Shown in pieces: positions 9,683-19,262 of a DNA stretch of 64,000 nucleotides. The notes below the pieces were generated by a model that worked only from the letters and a program-made list of their open reading frames with translations, was not told where the DNA came from and ran no database searches. The stretch spans positions 61,547-125,546 of the forward strand of contig CAMTYL010000004.1 in assembly GCA_947085985.1 (NCBI GenBank), given 5' to 3'. The position numbers were made by a program, and so were the translations under genes. How positions within the stretch are numbered: position 1 is the stretch's first letter; each line of letters starts with the position of its first letter. The DNA comes from an uncultured bacterium. GTDB taxonomy: Bacteria; Patescibacteriota; Minisyncoccia; Phycocordibacterales; Phycocordibacteraceae.

Positions 9683-9933
9683 AAACCAACAAGTCATTCA
9701 CAAAGCGCATAAAGGTGACCCGCACCGGCAAGTTAGTCGTGCGCAAGGCCGGACAGGACCACTTCAACGCAAAGGAGCGCGGGCGCACCAAGCGTGTGAA
9801 GAACCGCACCCAGTCGCTTACCGTGACTAACGACGTTATGCGTCGCTTCCTTGGTGGCCATGGTGGCAGCAAGAAGAGCGCAGCAGCAAAGCAGGCTATC
9901 GTGGTGGTAGAAACACCAGCAACTGCTGAGTAA
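9679..9933 (+). CDS. rpmI: 50S ribosomal protein bL35
   Basis: MKTNKSFTKRIKVTRTGK; synteny with infC and rplT. Confidence 0.95.
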   Translation: MKTNKSFTKRIKVTRTGKLVVRKAGQDHFNAKERGRTKRVKNRTQSLTVTNDVMRRFLGGHGGSKKSAAAKQAIVVVETPATAE

Positions 9934-9957
9934 TTTCAGTAAATTAATTAATTCTGT

Positions 9958-10308
9958 ATGGCACGAGTAAAAGGAGGAGTAGCGTCAGCAAAGCGTAGGA
10001 AGAATATCCTTCTTCGCGCAAAGGGATACCGACACGGTCGCTCTACTAAGGTGCGCCTTGCAAAGGAGTCGTTGGTACACGCTGGTAAGAACGCGTTCAA
10101 CCACCGCCGCGACAAGAAGACGGTATACCGCCAGCTTTGGATTGTTCGCTTGAACGCTGCCCTTCGTGACCTTGGCTTTAAGTCATACAGCACATTCATC
10201 GCTCAGATGAAGGCAAAGAACATTGGCCTAGACCGCAAGGTACTTGCGACATTTGCTGCTACCGAGCCAGAAGTATTTGGCCGCATCGTAGACCAGGTGA
10301 AGGGCTAA
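9958..10308 (+). CDS. rplT: 50S ribosomal protein bL20
   Basis: MARVKGG...LWIVRLNAA...LDRKVLA. Confidence 0.98.
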   Translation: MARVKGGVASAKRRKNILLRAKGYRHGRSTKVRLAKESLVHAGKNAFNHRRDKKTVYRQLWIVRLNAALRDLGFKSYSTFIAQMKAKNIGLDRKVLATFAATEPEVFGRIVDQVKG

Positions 10309-10322
10309 TCACTTCCCCACCC

Positions 10323-10356
10323 TAAGAAAGGCCCCGCTCTCGCGGGGCCTTTCTTA
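10323..10356. terminator. bidirectional terminator
   Basis: taagaaaggccccgc-tctc-gcggggcctttctta. Confidence 0.8.
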
Positions 10357-11031
10357 ATTACTGATAGGAATATGAATGACAGTAGTTGGCTTGGGTTCAC
10401 TATTTCCCGTAAGGTATGCTTCGGTTCGCTTATACACCCTTAGCAACACCGTCGAGTTATCTACCCACGAACCACGCCCATAAAATGCAGGAAGTTCTGA
10501 GAGGAGTCCTAATGACGTGTTTGCATCCGCAACATATACATCTTGCATGATTCCAGTTTCTACATCAACAACAGTAGCCGTATCATGTTCGAATGGAACA
10601 CCAATACCAGTATTTGAACCCGGCCGAATAATAAGAATATGTTTGGAATCAGGACTGGTAATTAAACTTGAAGGAGCGTCTTCGACAAAAATTTTTTCCT
10701 GGTTTGGATTCAAACCAGTTTCCTTGGAAAGAACTTCCAATCTGCAGCTATCCGAGTCGCTATAGCAAGCGGAGCGACACATAAAGGTGAATGAGCGAGA
10801 TTCGGAAACGACATGATCGCATTCTCCTTCTCTTTCAAACACAACTGCTTGTGCGGCTTCACTCACCACTTTCTTATCCATATCTTCGGACGGGCTTGCC
10901 ACGAGCACCGGCTCGGTGTTCGTAGTATGAGGGGGTTCAGGATTCGTAGCAAAAATGAAGTACGCGTAAATAACACTAACACAAATGAAAATCATCAGGG
11001 CAGCGAGGAAGGTCTTCCGACTGAGAGACAT
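10354..11031 (-). CDS. membrane-anchored hypothetical protein
   Basis: ATG right after the upstream stop codon; N-terminal TM; beta-rich body. Confidence 0.7.
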   Translation of the reverse strand: MSLSRKTFLAALMIFICVSVIYAYFIFATNPEPPHTTNTEPVLVASPSEDMDKKVVSEAAQAVVFEREGECDHVVSESRSFTFMCRSACYSDSDSCRLEVLSKETGLNPNQEKIFVEDAPSSLITSPDSKHILIIRPGSNTGIGVPFEHDTATVVDVETGIMQDVYVADANTSLGLLSELPAFYGRGSWVDNSTVLLRVYKRTEAYLTGNSEPKPTTVIHIPISN

Positions 11032-11033
11032 AT

Positions 11034-12422
11034 CTATGATACTTTCTTCGCACCCTGCTTGGTCACTTCCCACACCTCCCCTTTCGTCGGGGCATAGGCC
11101 GTGGCGCCCAGATAGCCGTGGATGCGCTGCGCAAGGAAGCGAGAAGACGCAGGCTCACCAAGCGCCGTGAAGAAGGTCTTGGTGCGCGGGAGTGCATTCT
11201 TTGCAAACTCCATAAGGCCGTCGCGGTCAGCGTGCGCACTCCAGCCCATATAGCTGCCAATCTTTGCCCGCACTTTCACCGGCCTGCCATCAATCTTCAC
11301 CACCTTAGCGCCACTTTGAAGCAGGCGGCCTGGTGAACCTGGAGCCTGGTATCCCACAATAAAGAGCGTGGTGTCGGGGTCTGGCAAGTACTTCTGCTCC
11401 CAGCGACCAATGCGACCGCCATGACTCATGCCCGCGCCCGCCATAATAATCTTTGGGTTTGGTGCCAGTTCAATATCTTGCGACTCTCCACGAGAGAGGG
11501 TCTCCTGCAACGAGCCGAACGAAAAGATATCCTTCTCTCGAGTAAGCTCTGATGCTACTTTCTCGTTAAAGTACTCCACGCTCCACTTGCGGTACACATC
11601 CGTCACATGGATTGCCAGTGGTGAGTCCAGGAACACACCAATACGTGGCAGTTTGCCCTCGTCCATAAGGTTAGAGATGGTGTACAGAAGCAACTGTGTG
11701 CGCTCTATGGAGAATGCTGGCATCAAAATCACGCCGCCACGCTTTATGGCGATGTTTAACTGCTCGCATAATTCCTCCTCTCTGTTTGCACGCCCGGTGT
11801 TGACTCGGTCGCCATACACACTCTCCATAATCATGACGTCAGCGTCTGGGATTGGCTCTGGGTCTTGCAGGTACGCCTCACCAGTGGCACCAATGTCGCC
11901 CGTGATAGCGAGCGTGACACCCTCGTCGTCCTTTATGCGGACGCTCGCAGAGCCCAAGATATGGCCCGTGTGGCGAAGGAAAATAGAAAGCCCGGGCGCC
12001 ACCTTGTGCTCGGTGTGATACTTCACAATTTCCACGCGCGCCATAAGTGCATCAATGTCTGCCTCGGTGTACATGGGCTCCCGATTATCTGCTTGTGCTT
12101 CTCTATTCAAAATCACTACTGAGTCGCGCAGCATAAGGTCAGTCAGGTCTGCCGTTGGTGCAGTCATGTAGACTTTTCCCTTAAACCCTTCACGCATCAA
12201 CTTTGGCGCGCGCCCGATGTGGTCTAGGTGCGCGTGGGTGATGACGAGGGCATCAATACTTGGCACATCATACGGAAACGGCTCGTACATGCAGGACTCG
12301 CACATGTCCCTACCCTGCTCAATGCCACAATCAACCAGAAGCTTGCCATGCAAGCCTTCTACTAAGAAGTTAGAACCGGTGACGGTGCCTGCGGCACCTG
12401 CAAATGTTACGCGGAGTGCCAT
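11034..12422 (-). CDS. MBL-fold beta-CASP RNA-metabolising hydrolase
   Basis: THAHLDHIG, GHILGS, ESVYG, SAHAD motifs. Confidence 0.93.
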   Translation of the reverse strand: MALRVTFAGAAGTVTGSNFLVEGLHGKLLVDCGIEQGRDMCESCMYEPFPYDVPSIDALVITHAHLDHIGRAPKLMREGFKGKVYMTAPTADLTDLMLRDSVVILNREAQADNREPMYTEADIDALMARVEIVKYHTEHKVAPGLSIFLRHTGHILGSASVRIKDDEGVTLAITGDIGATGEAYLQDPEPIPDADVMIMESVYGDRVNTGRANREEELCEQLNIAIKRGGVILMPAFSIERTQLLLYTISNLMDEGKLPRIGVFLDSPLAIHVTDVYRKWSVEYFNEKVASELTREKDIFSFGSLQETLSRGESQDIELAPNPKIIMAGAGMSHGGRIGRWEQKYLPDPDTTLFIVGYQAPGSPGRLLQSGAKVVKIDGRPVKVRAKIGSYMGWSAHADRDGLMEFAKNALPRTKTFFTALGEPASSRFLAQRIHGYLGATAYAPTKGEVWEVTKQGAKKVS

Positions 12423-12766
12423 ATGGTGTAGCGAGCTAATACGTACGCGACAGAGCCACCAATTGCGTTGTTCAGTAGATCCTTTGCGGTATCAAACACG
12501 TAGTCGGCCGATTGTGGGGTGCCTATAAGTACTTCAAACACTTCCCACCCTACGGAAATAGCGACCATGCCAAGCAACAAGTACACTGGGCGGTACCTAA
12601 ACAAAAACGCAATAAGAAGACTTGCCATGCCGAAACCTCCTAGAAGATGCATGGGCACATCAAGCCAGCGATAGGTCCAGTACAAAGACTCCGCTGTCGC
12701 CACATTGTGAACGAGCGCCAGTATCGCACAGGAAAAGAGTGCCAGAAGGAACCAATATAATCGCAT
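12407..12766 (-). CDS. small integral membrane protein
   Basis: Four TMs, DxxMHxxGG...WEVFE...DTAKDL pattern. Confidence 0.75.
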   Translation of the reverse strand: MRLYWFLLALFSCAILALVHNVATAESLYWTYRWLDVPMHLLGGFGMASLLIAFLFRYRPVYLLLGMVAISVGWEVFEVLIGTPQSADYVFDTAKDLLNNAIGGSVAYVLARYTIWHSA

Positions 12767-12791
12767 TGCTACTACTCTAGCATGCGTAGAA

Positions 12792-12825
12792 ACGAACAAA
12801 CTCGCATTACTGCGAGTTTGTTCGT
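12792..12825 (-). terminator. terminator of candidate ncRNA
   Basis: 15-bp perfect stem acgaacaaactcgca / tgcgagtttgttcgt. Confidence 0.7.
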
Positions 12826-12961
12826 GGAGCCGCCTCTATGTGGCAACTCTTATATGCCACGTGGGTGTCCGCACCGCGTTCGTTAGACTATAAAAAGTGC
12901 ACCCGAACGCGTGAATATAAGACTCCCGAAATTGAAGCAAGTTGCATTGCGAGACGACTCC
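12826..12961 (-). ncRNA. candidate ~136 nt structured RNA (possibly 6S-like)
   Basis: TATAAT (12968-12973, - strand) upstream, terminator downstream, 5' GGAGUCGUCU pairs with 3' AGGCGGCUCC, internal stems. Confidence 0.55.
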
Positions 12962-13001
12962 TCTGAAATTATACCCCCTCCCCAATATCGGTCTGTGGAA
13001 A

Positions 13002-13034
13002 ACAAGAAACTGCCCTTTCAGGCAGTGTTCTTGT
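13002..13034 (-). terminator. ndk terminator
   Basis: acaagaaactgcc...ggcagtgttcttgt hairpin. Confidence 0.6.
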
Positions 13035-13042
13035 AGTGAACA

Positions 13043-13217
13043 GGGACGTTCTAAAAGGTTTCAGATACAAGGCGCGAGTTCAGACTGGAGCGAGTCGTAC
13101 TAGAAGTACGGTGAGCGTGCCAGAATTTCTTGAGCGAAGCGATTAGAAATTCAAATACTCTTGGGGTGAACAGTTCGAGCGAGAAACGCTGTAGATGAGC
13201 CTTTTTGGACGTGCCCC
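13043..13217 (+). repeat. structured intergenic element, copy A (with internal insertion)
   Basis: GATACAAGGCGCGAG...CGTAC-tagaa-GTACG...AACGCTGTAGATG within imperfect terminal inverted repeats. Confidence 0.8.
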
Positions 13218-13218
13218 C

Positions 13219-13830
13219 TTACTCCATTACGCCATCCAGATTCACATCGTACAGAATCTCATCCTGTACGTGTCGGTAGCTATAGAGATCAGACTCTGGG
13301 AACCACATAGCAAGCTCCTTGTTTGCGTTCTCTGGCTCGTCTGAGCAGTGAATAAGGTTTCGCACTGCGCGGTCGTCTACGGCGCAGATTGCGTACGAAT
13401 CAATGGTAAGGTCGCCACGAATAGTACCCACGTCGCTTGTAGCAGGCTCAGTCTCACCCACAATCTTCTTCACTACTGCTACCGCCTGATTACCTTCAAG
13501 CGCCATCATAACGACTGGACTTACGGTCATGTACTTCACGAGTGCGCGGATGATGTCCTTTCCGTACTCAATAGGCTCCTTGTCTACGGACATACCTGCA
13601 GCAGCACGGTCTTCAGCAATCTTTGTTCCCTTCTTTAGGAACCACGCATCGTCCTTATCGTAGTGCTTCCAAAGGAGATCCTCAGGAAGAACGGCCATTC
13701 GCATGCCGACAATCTTGAGACCAGTGTTCTCAAAGCGACGAGTAATTTCTCCAACGAGTCCGCGCTGTACGCCGTCCGGCTTCACAATCACGAATGTTCG
13801 CTCTTTCTTTGGGTGGGAAGGGTTTGCCAT
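13219..13830 (-). CDS. ndk: nucleoside diphosphate kinase
   Basis: ERTFVIVKPDGVQRGL, GTIRGD, NLIHCSD. Confidence 0.96.
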   Translation of the reverse strand: MANPSHPKKERTFVIVKPDGVQRGLVGEITRRFENTGLKIVGMRMAVLPEDLLWKHYDKDDAWFLKKGTKIAEDRAAAGMSVDKEPIEYGKDIIRALVKYMTVSPVVMMALEGNQAVAVVKKIVGETEPATSDVGTIRGDLTIDSYAICAVDDRAVRNLIHCSDEPENANKELAMWFPESDLYSYRHVQDEILYDVNLDGVME

Positions 13831-13913
13831 ATTGTTTATTAAAAACCGCCTTACGGCGTTGATATATATGCACTATAACGCATACGTACGTATTCTGCCA
13901 CGCTGATCCACTA

Positions 13914-14483
13914 CTACGACTTGGCGAGTGCAGCCGAAACCGCCGGAATCTCTATCTGCTCAAATAACTCCATCTCCTGCGTAGAATCAATCCCGACGGC
14001 CTTGCCTGTGACGGTATACAGCGATACATGAGCAGGCTGCACCGGAACGTCAACGTTGAGAACACGGCGAACTGTTTCAAAATAGCCCCCGAGCCCCTGT
14101 ATTCGGCACCTTGCAGCAATGCTTGTTCGTTCTGCAGTTTTCGCGAGCCGCAGGTCGCCCACAAAACCTGAGAATGAAAGGGTGTGTGTGCGCACATACT
14201 CTGCTAGCAACCGCTTCAATTCCTCCTTGAGGAAATCCTCCTTTTTAACGTCTCCTTCAGCAAGAGTACGCGCTATTCCGCGTGCGTTTATTATCGTTAC
14301 GTGGAATTCGTCCTTTTTCTGAAACACCTGACCCCCTACTTCAAGAGATTCTGGCAGGTCAAGAAATTTGCCTGGGTCTAATACGAGCCACAGATATCCT
14401 TCGGGGTGAGCATAATACTCAGCTGGGAATTGAGCTTTTTTCAGTTCCACTGACTCTGCCTGTGGCATCTGCTCTTTTGTCAT
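13914..14483 (-). CDS. 2H phosphoesterase-like protein
   Basis: Two Hx(T/S) motifs: FHVTII and AHVSLY. Confidence 0.6.
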   Translation of the reverse strand: MTKEQMPQAESVELKKAQFPAEYYAHPEGYLWLVLDPGKFLDLPESLEVGGQVFQKKDEFHVTIINARGIARTLAEGDVKKEDFLKEELKRLLAEYVRTHTLSFSGFVGDLRLAKTAERTSIAARCRIQGLGGYFETVRRVLNVDVPVQPAHVSLYTVTGKAVGIDSTQEMELFEQIEIPAVSAALAKS

Positions 14484-14485
14484 AT

Positions 14486-15262
14486 CTATTCCCCAGGACG
14501 ACGAGTCACTACTATGGTTCCCTCATCCTCCACAAGAATCGTATGCTCAAAGTGCGCAGAGCGAGAACCGTCTCGTGTGCGATAGGTGTACCCGTCTGGC
14601 GCAATTACGACAGATGCCTTGCCGGCGTTTGCGATAGGCTCAAGTGCGAGCACCATGCCACTCACAATCTCTGGGCCCGTGCCTGGGTGGCCAGCGTTGG
14701 CGATAAACGGTTCCTCGTGCACGCGCTCCCCTACCGCGTGCCCGCCAAGCATCTTCACCACTGAAAAGCCTGTGCCGACGAATGCTTGCTCCGTGGAGTG
14801 GGAAATGTCGCCAATACGGTTCCCAGGTCGTGCAACCGCTATTGCGGCCTCCAGAGCTGCCTGAGTGGCGTTCATAAGCTCGTACGACTCCTTACCCACC
14901 TTCCCAACGGGCACCGTAATAGCAGTGTCTGTTATGAAACCCTTATGGGTAAGACCGATATCAAGCGCGACAATATCTCCCTCCTTGAGGATGCGTGGGT
15001 CCTCGTTTGGAATACCGTGCACCACCTCCTCGTTTACCGACACACACAGCGTGGCTGGGTACGGGCGCCCTCCCCCTTCTGGGGTATAGCCCTTAAACGC
15101 AGGCGTATCTCCTCCCTCAAGAATAAGGCGCTCAGCCTCTCTATCAAGCACATCTACGGAAACCCCAGGCGCTACAAGTGCGGCCACCTTTTCAAGCACG
15201 ATACCAAGTCGGCGACCCGACTCAATAATGCCTTCACGCTGCTCGTTCGTGCGAACTATCAT
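14486..15262 (-). CDS. map: methionine aminopeptidase type I
   Basis: CVSVNEEVVHGIP, DTAIT, HEEP, SAHFEHT. Confidence 0.97.
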   Translation of the reverse strand: MIVRTNEQREGIIESGRRLGIVLEKVAALVAPGVSVDVLDREAERLILEGGDTPAFKGYTPEGGGRPYPATLCVSVNEEVVHGIPNEDPRILKEGDIVALDIGLTHKGFITDTAITVPVGKVGKESYELMNATQAALEAAIAVARPGNRIGDISHSTEQAFVGTGFSVVKMLGGHAVGERVHEEPFIANAGHPGTGPEIVSGMVLALEPIANAGKASVVIAPDGYTYRTRDGSRSAHFEHTILVEDEGTIVVTRRPGE

Positions 15263-15831
15263 ACGAGATTAAGCGCCTTCTCTATATCCAAAGCTACTGC
15301 TTCGGGCGCCTGGTTCCCATTAATCTCAATTAATACCCCAAGATTTCTGAATAGGTCCAGTGCTTTTGTCGTATAGGTATTGTACTCTTCCATACGCTTC
15401 TCAACATAATGGTCGTCAGCTCTGCCAGATGTCTCTGCGCGACCCGCAAGACGCTTGGCCACTTCTTCTTCTGACACGTTAATCTCCAGAACTGAGAAGG
15501 GTCTCTCAAGCCACTTAAGCGAATCAATAATAAGCTGAGCCTCCTGCTCCTTGCGATTAAATCCGTCAAAAATGATGCTTTCGTCTGCAGATACGGAGAA
15601 AAGGCTGCGTAGATACACATACATAGCAAACCAATGAGGAGACAGAAGTCCCTTATCCATCTCTTCCTTTGTGCGACGACCCGCAGGAGTGTCTTCAGTG
15701 GCAATTTCTCTAAACTGATCACCCGAAGCAAGGACATGCCATCCCGTCTTTGCGGCAAGCATTTTTGCTTGAGTACCTTTTCCACAACCAGGTCGACCAA
15801 TAAAAAATACTGTTTTTGGGCTAGATTCCAT
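15259..15831 (-). CDS. adk: adenylate kinase (short LID)
   Basis: GRPGCGKGTQA, DGFNR, GRADD; located between secY and map. Confidence 0.93.
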   Translation of the reverse strand: MESSPKTVFFIGRPGCGKGTQAKMLAAKTGWHVLASGDQFREIATEDTPAGRRTKEEMDKGLLSPHWFAMYVYLRSLFSVSADESIIFDGFNRKEQEAQLIIDSLKWLERPFSVLEINVSEEEVAKRLAGRAETSGRADDHYVEKRMEEYNTYTTKALDLFRNLGVLIEINGNQAPEAVALDIEKALNLV

Positions 15832-15880
15832 TTAAGAAAGATTATTACAAACGTACTGTATCACGAAGCGTACTTGTGTC

Positions 15881-16006
15881 AGCTCGGTTTGAAATGCGCC
15901 GAGATGCTAGGCGCGGGGAGATGAGAAGCGTAGACGTACTAGCAGTACGACGAAGCGACGAATCGGGACCCGCAACAACGCAGATTGGCGTAGTTCGAAA
16001 CGAGCT
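15881..16006 (+). repeat. structured intergenic element, copy B
   Basis: agctcggtttgaaatgcgcc...AGATGCTAGGCGCGGG...CGTAC-tagca-GTACG...CCCGCAACAACGCAGAT...ggcgtagttcgaaacgagct. Confidence 0.85.
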
Positions 16007-16007
16007 T

Positions 16008-17276
16008 CTAATACTCGCGAAGAGATGCCTGCGCATCAACCTTGCGAATAAGATCAAGCACCACGGTGACCGCAATCAAGAGCGCCGTACCACCCACAAG
16101 AATCGCAGAGATTCCGGTAATACCCTGGATAATAAACGGAATGACTGCCACAAGACCCAAGAAGGTAGAACCAGGAAGCGTGATGCGACTCACCACCTTT
16201 GCAAGGTAATTCTCTGTCTCGCGACCCGGACGAACGCCAGGAATAAATGCGCCAGACTTCTGCAAGTTCTCGGCAACACGGTGTGGCTCAAAGGTGATAG
16301 AGGTGTAGAAGTAGGTGAACATCACAACAAGCGCAAAGTACGCGGCGCCGTACGCAAACGGATTAGCAGCAAACGCGTTGTAGCCGTTTAGTACCGCGTC
16401 CATACCCGCTACACCCACAGACGAGAGTGCCGTGATAATCATCTGCGGAAGCAGCAAGAGTGAAAGCGCGAAAATGATTGGAATAACACCGGCTTGAAGA
16501 AGACGAATCGGCAAGTATGACGGTCCGGTAGCACCCTGCCCGCGGCTCGTGCGTGCGTAGTTAATTGGAATTGAGCGTTCACCCTCTGACACCACGACTA
16601 CAAGGAAGGTGACAATGAGTGCAATCACTGCAAAGGCAACGTAGGCCGGGATATTTGCAGCCGAAGCCGAGAAGATGGCCTGACCAATACCTGCAGGAAG
16701 TGACGCCACGATACCCGCAAAGATGATGATTGAAACACCGTTTCCAACACCAAACTCAGTGATAAGCTCACCAATCCACATAAGGAGCATGGAACCAGCG
16801 GCTACAAGGAAGACGTTTAGTGCAAACGCAAACGGAGAGAGTGACGAAACAATGCCCTGGCTTTCAAGAAGCGAGAGGAATGCGATTGCCTGAAGAATGG
16901 CAAGCGGGATAGAAAGTACGCGTGAAATGGCGATGAAGCGAGTACGACCCGCCTCTCCCTCCTCCGAGTACATCGCCTTCACCTGCGGGAACACCACCGT
17001 TGCGAGCTGCATGATGATGCTTGCAGTGATGTAGGGACCAACACCGAGCATCACAAGGGAAAGGTAAGAGAAACCACCTCCCGAGAACACGGAAAGAAGA
17101 CCGAGGAACTGGTTGTTATTGAAAAACTGAGCGAGCGCAACCTCGTCAACGCCCGGAATTGGCACTGCAGCCAAAATACGGAACACGACAAGGGCAGCGA
17201 GAATAAAGAGGATGCGGTTGCGCAGCACCCGGTCGCCGAAGATAAGCCCTAGTTTGTGTGTAATCTGCTTAAGCAT
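16008..17276 (-). CDS. secY: preprotein translocase SecY
   Basis: LGVGPYITASIIMQL, GVGNGVS, FIPGVRPG. Confidence 0.98.
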   Translation of the reverse strand: MLKQITHKLGLIFGDRVLRNRILFILAALVVFRILAAVPIPGVDEVALAQFFNNNQFLGLLSVFSGGGFSYLSLVMLGVGPYITASIIMQLATVVFPQVKAMYSEEGEAGRTRFIAISRVLSIPLAILQAIAFLSLLESQGIVSSLSPFAFALNVFLVAAGSMLLMWIGELITEFGVGNGVSIIIFAGIVASLPAGIGQAIFSASAANIPAYVAFAVIALIVTFLVVVVSEGERSIPINYARTSRGQGATGPSYLPIRLLQAGVIPIIFALSLLLLPQMIITALSSVGVAGMDAVLNGYNAFAANPFAYGAAYFALVVMFTYFYTSITFEPHRVAENLQKSGAFIPGVRPGRETENYLAKVVSRITLPGSTFLGLVAVIPFIIQGITGISAILVGGTALLIAVTVVLDLIRKVDAQASLREY

Positions 17277-17724
17277 TGGATAGGATGGAACCTCCGGCTG
17301 CCTCTACTGCCGTCTTAGCGCTCTCTGAATAGGCGCAGTCGGAAATCTTCAAGGCCTTCGTAAGGGTACCAGTTCCAAGTACTTTCACATAGCTGATGCG
17401 TCCACCGCGTGCACGCACGAGTCCCTTCTTGTAGAGGGTCTCTGGGTTCACCAGGTCGCCCGCAACAAACGAGTTCTCTAGCACAGAGAGGTTTACTCCC
17501 TCGTACGGGGCCTTAACACGCACGGTGCGTGAGCGGTTCTTTCCGTGACCACGAAGCTTTGGAAGCTTCTTGATGAGGTCGCGCATCTCAGGGCGCTTCT
17601 TGTGTCCTGCGCGTGCGTTCTGACCCTTGGTACCACGACCAGAGGTCTTGCCGCGCTTACCACCACGACCAACACGAGGAGTCTCAATGCGAGGGGTCTT
17701 TGGAGCGAGTGTGTTTGACTGCAT
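17269..17724 (-). CDS. rplO: 50S ribosomal protein uL15
   Basis: RVGRGGKRGKTSGRGTKGQ. Confidence 0.96.
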   Translation of the reverse strand: MQSNTLAPKTPRIETPRVGRGGKRGKTSGRGTKGQNARAGHKKRPEMRDLIKKLPKLRGHGKNRSRTVRVKAPYEGVNLSVLENSFVAGDLVNPETLYKKGLVRARGGRISYVKVLGTGTLTKALKISDCAYSESAKTAVEAAGGSILSNA

Positions 17725-17735
17725 AGTAAAAGTGA

Positions 17736-18338
17736 TTAGCGGGCTGAAGCAAGAGCATCAACGGTTGCGCGAGCAATGGTGAGCTTATTCTTAGTGCGGG
17801 TCAAAATCTTTGCAACCACGTCGGTGACACCAGCGTGCTCTAGCACGATGCGCATAGCGCTTCCTGCCACCACACCGCGTCCTGGAGAAGGAACGATAGT
17901 GACAATAGATGATGAATTTTTTACAGAAACGTCGTGCGCAATAGAGTTGTCCTTGGTGCGCTTAACGGTGATCATGTGCTTCTTCGCGTCGCGAACTGCC
18001 TTATCAATAGCAAGCGCGGTGTCTGCTCCCTTTCCAAGACCAACACCAACACGACCCTTCTTGTCACCAATAACTACGGTCACACTGAAGGAGAAGCGGC
18101 GTCCTCCTGCCATCACACGAGCCACGCGGCGAACGTCAATCGTTGCCTGCTCAAACTCGCTGCGCTCGCGAGGAGCACGGTCACGTGGACGGCCACGGCC
18201 ATCTCCGCGACCACCTCCCTGTGGACGACGTCCACGAACAGCCCCACGAGGGTCGGTGGTAGCAGCTGCAGCCTCGGTTACCGGAGTCTCTACGGGAGTC
18301 TCGGTGGTTGCTTCTGGTTTGATCTCAGTGTCAGTCAT
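17736..18338 (-). CDS. rpsE: 30S ribosomal protein uS5
   Basis: RRVARVMAGGRRFSF; rpmD absent downstream. Confidence 0.97.
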   Translation of the reverse strand: MTDTEIKPEATTETPVETPVTEAAAATTDPRGAVRGRRPQGGGRGDGRGRPRDRAPRERSEFEQATIDVRRVARVMAGGRRFSFSVTVVIGDKKGRVGVGLGKGADTALAIDKAVRDAKKHMITVKRTKDNSIAHDVSVKNSSSIVTIVPSPGRGVVAGSAMRIVLEHAGVTDVVAKILTRTKNKLTIARATVDALASAR

Positions 18339-18346
18339 AAAAATAA

Positions 18347-18697
18347 TTAGAACGTAAGTCCCTCTGCACGAGCAGTGTCAGCAAGGAGCTTTATCTGTCC
18401 GCCATACTCGTATCCACCACGGTCAAATACAACCGTATCAATTCCAGCCTTCTTGCTAGCAACAACGATTGCCTTTCCAACCGCCTCTGCCTGCGCTGAA
18501 AGCGCTCCGCCAAATGCCTTGCCGTGAGCAGCCGCGAGCGTTACGCCAGCGCTGTCGTCAATAACCTGCGCGCTGATGTAGCGGTTTGACTTAAATACTG
18601 CAAGACGAGGGCGCGCAGTTGTTCCAGACACACGAGCGCGTACGCGCTTGTGGCGACGATCGCGAAGTCCTTTCTTTGTAAGTAGTGTAGTAGCCAT
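18347..18697 (-). CDS. rplR: 50S ribosomal protein uL18
   Basis: RPRLAVFKSN, VVFDRGG. Confidence 0.97.
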   Translation of the reverse strand: MATTLLTKKGLRDRRHKRVRARVSGTTARPRLAVFKSNRYISAQVIDDSAGVTLAAAHGKAFGGALSAQAEAVGKAIVVASKKAGIDTVVFDRGGYEYGGQIKLLADTARAEGLTF

Positions 18698-18706
18698 AGA
18701 TCAATC

Positions 18707-19252
18707 TTATACAGCCTTCTTGCCCTGCTTGCGGCGGATAACCTCGTTGTCGTACGCAATACCCTTTCCAAGGTATGGCTCGGGTGGCTTGATTGCACGA
18801 ATCTCTGCAGCAAACTGTCCAACCTTCTGCTTGTCAGAGCCTTCAATGGTGATGGTCAGCTTCTCAACCTTCGCCTCAAGTCCCTCAGGAATAGCGAGTG
18901 TCACCGGGTGAGAGAATCCAACGGCAAACACGAGGTCGCGACCCTTAAGCTCTACCTTGTATCCCACACCCTTCATGATGAGCACCTTCTTAAAAGGAGT
19001 CTCAACACCAGTCATCATAGAACGGGCGTGTGCAGCAAAGGTGCCGGTAAGTGCGCGCGCAAGCTTTGAAGACTCAGCAGGTGCAATAACAAGTCCCTCG
19101 CTCGTCACCTCAATGGTGATGCTTGGGTGAATAGGCATAGAAAGTGTTGCCTTTGAACCCTTCACAGAAAGCACACCATCGTTAGTGTCTACTGACACTT
19201 TTGCAGGAATGATGATGGGCTTCTTTGCGAGACGAGAGAGTGAAGTAATCAT
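18707..19252 (-). CDS. rplF: 50S ribosomal protein uL6
   Basis: SRLAKKP, GFSHPV, PPEPYLGKGI; ATG at 19252. Confidence 0.97.
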   Translation of the reverse strand: MITSLSRLAKKPIIIPAKVSVDTNDGVLSVKGSKATLSMPIHPSITIEVTSEGLVIAPAESSKLARALTGTFAAHARSMMTGVETPFKKVLIMKGVGYKVELKGRDLVFAVGFSHPVTLAIPEGLEAKVEKLTITIEGSDKQKVGQFAAEIRAIKPPEPYLGKGIAYDNEVIRRKQGKKAV

Positions 19253-19262
19253 ACGTAACCAA

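Noticed and set aside
12826-12961. tRNA or tmRNA
   Set aside because: The closing stem resembles an acceptor stem, but there is no TTCRA T-loop or D-arm, and it is too short for tmRNA.
12971-12988. Second CsoR-type operator (ataccccctccccaatat)
   Set aside because: It has no G-tract or palindromic symmetry and overlaps a -10 box.
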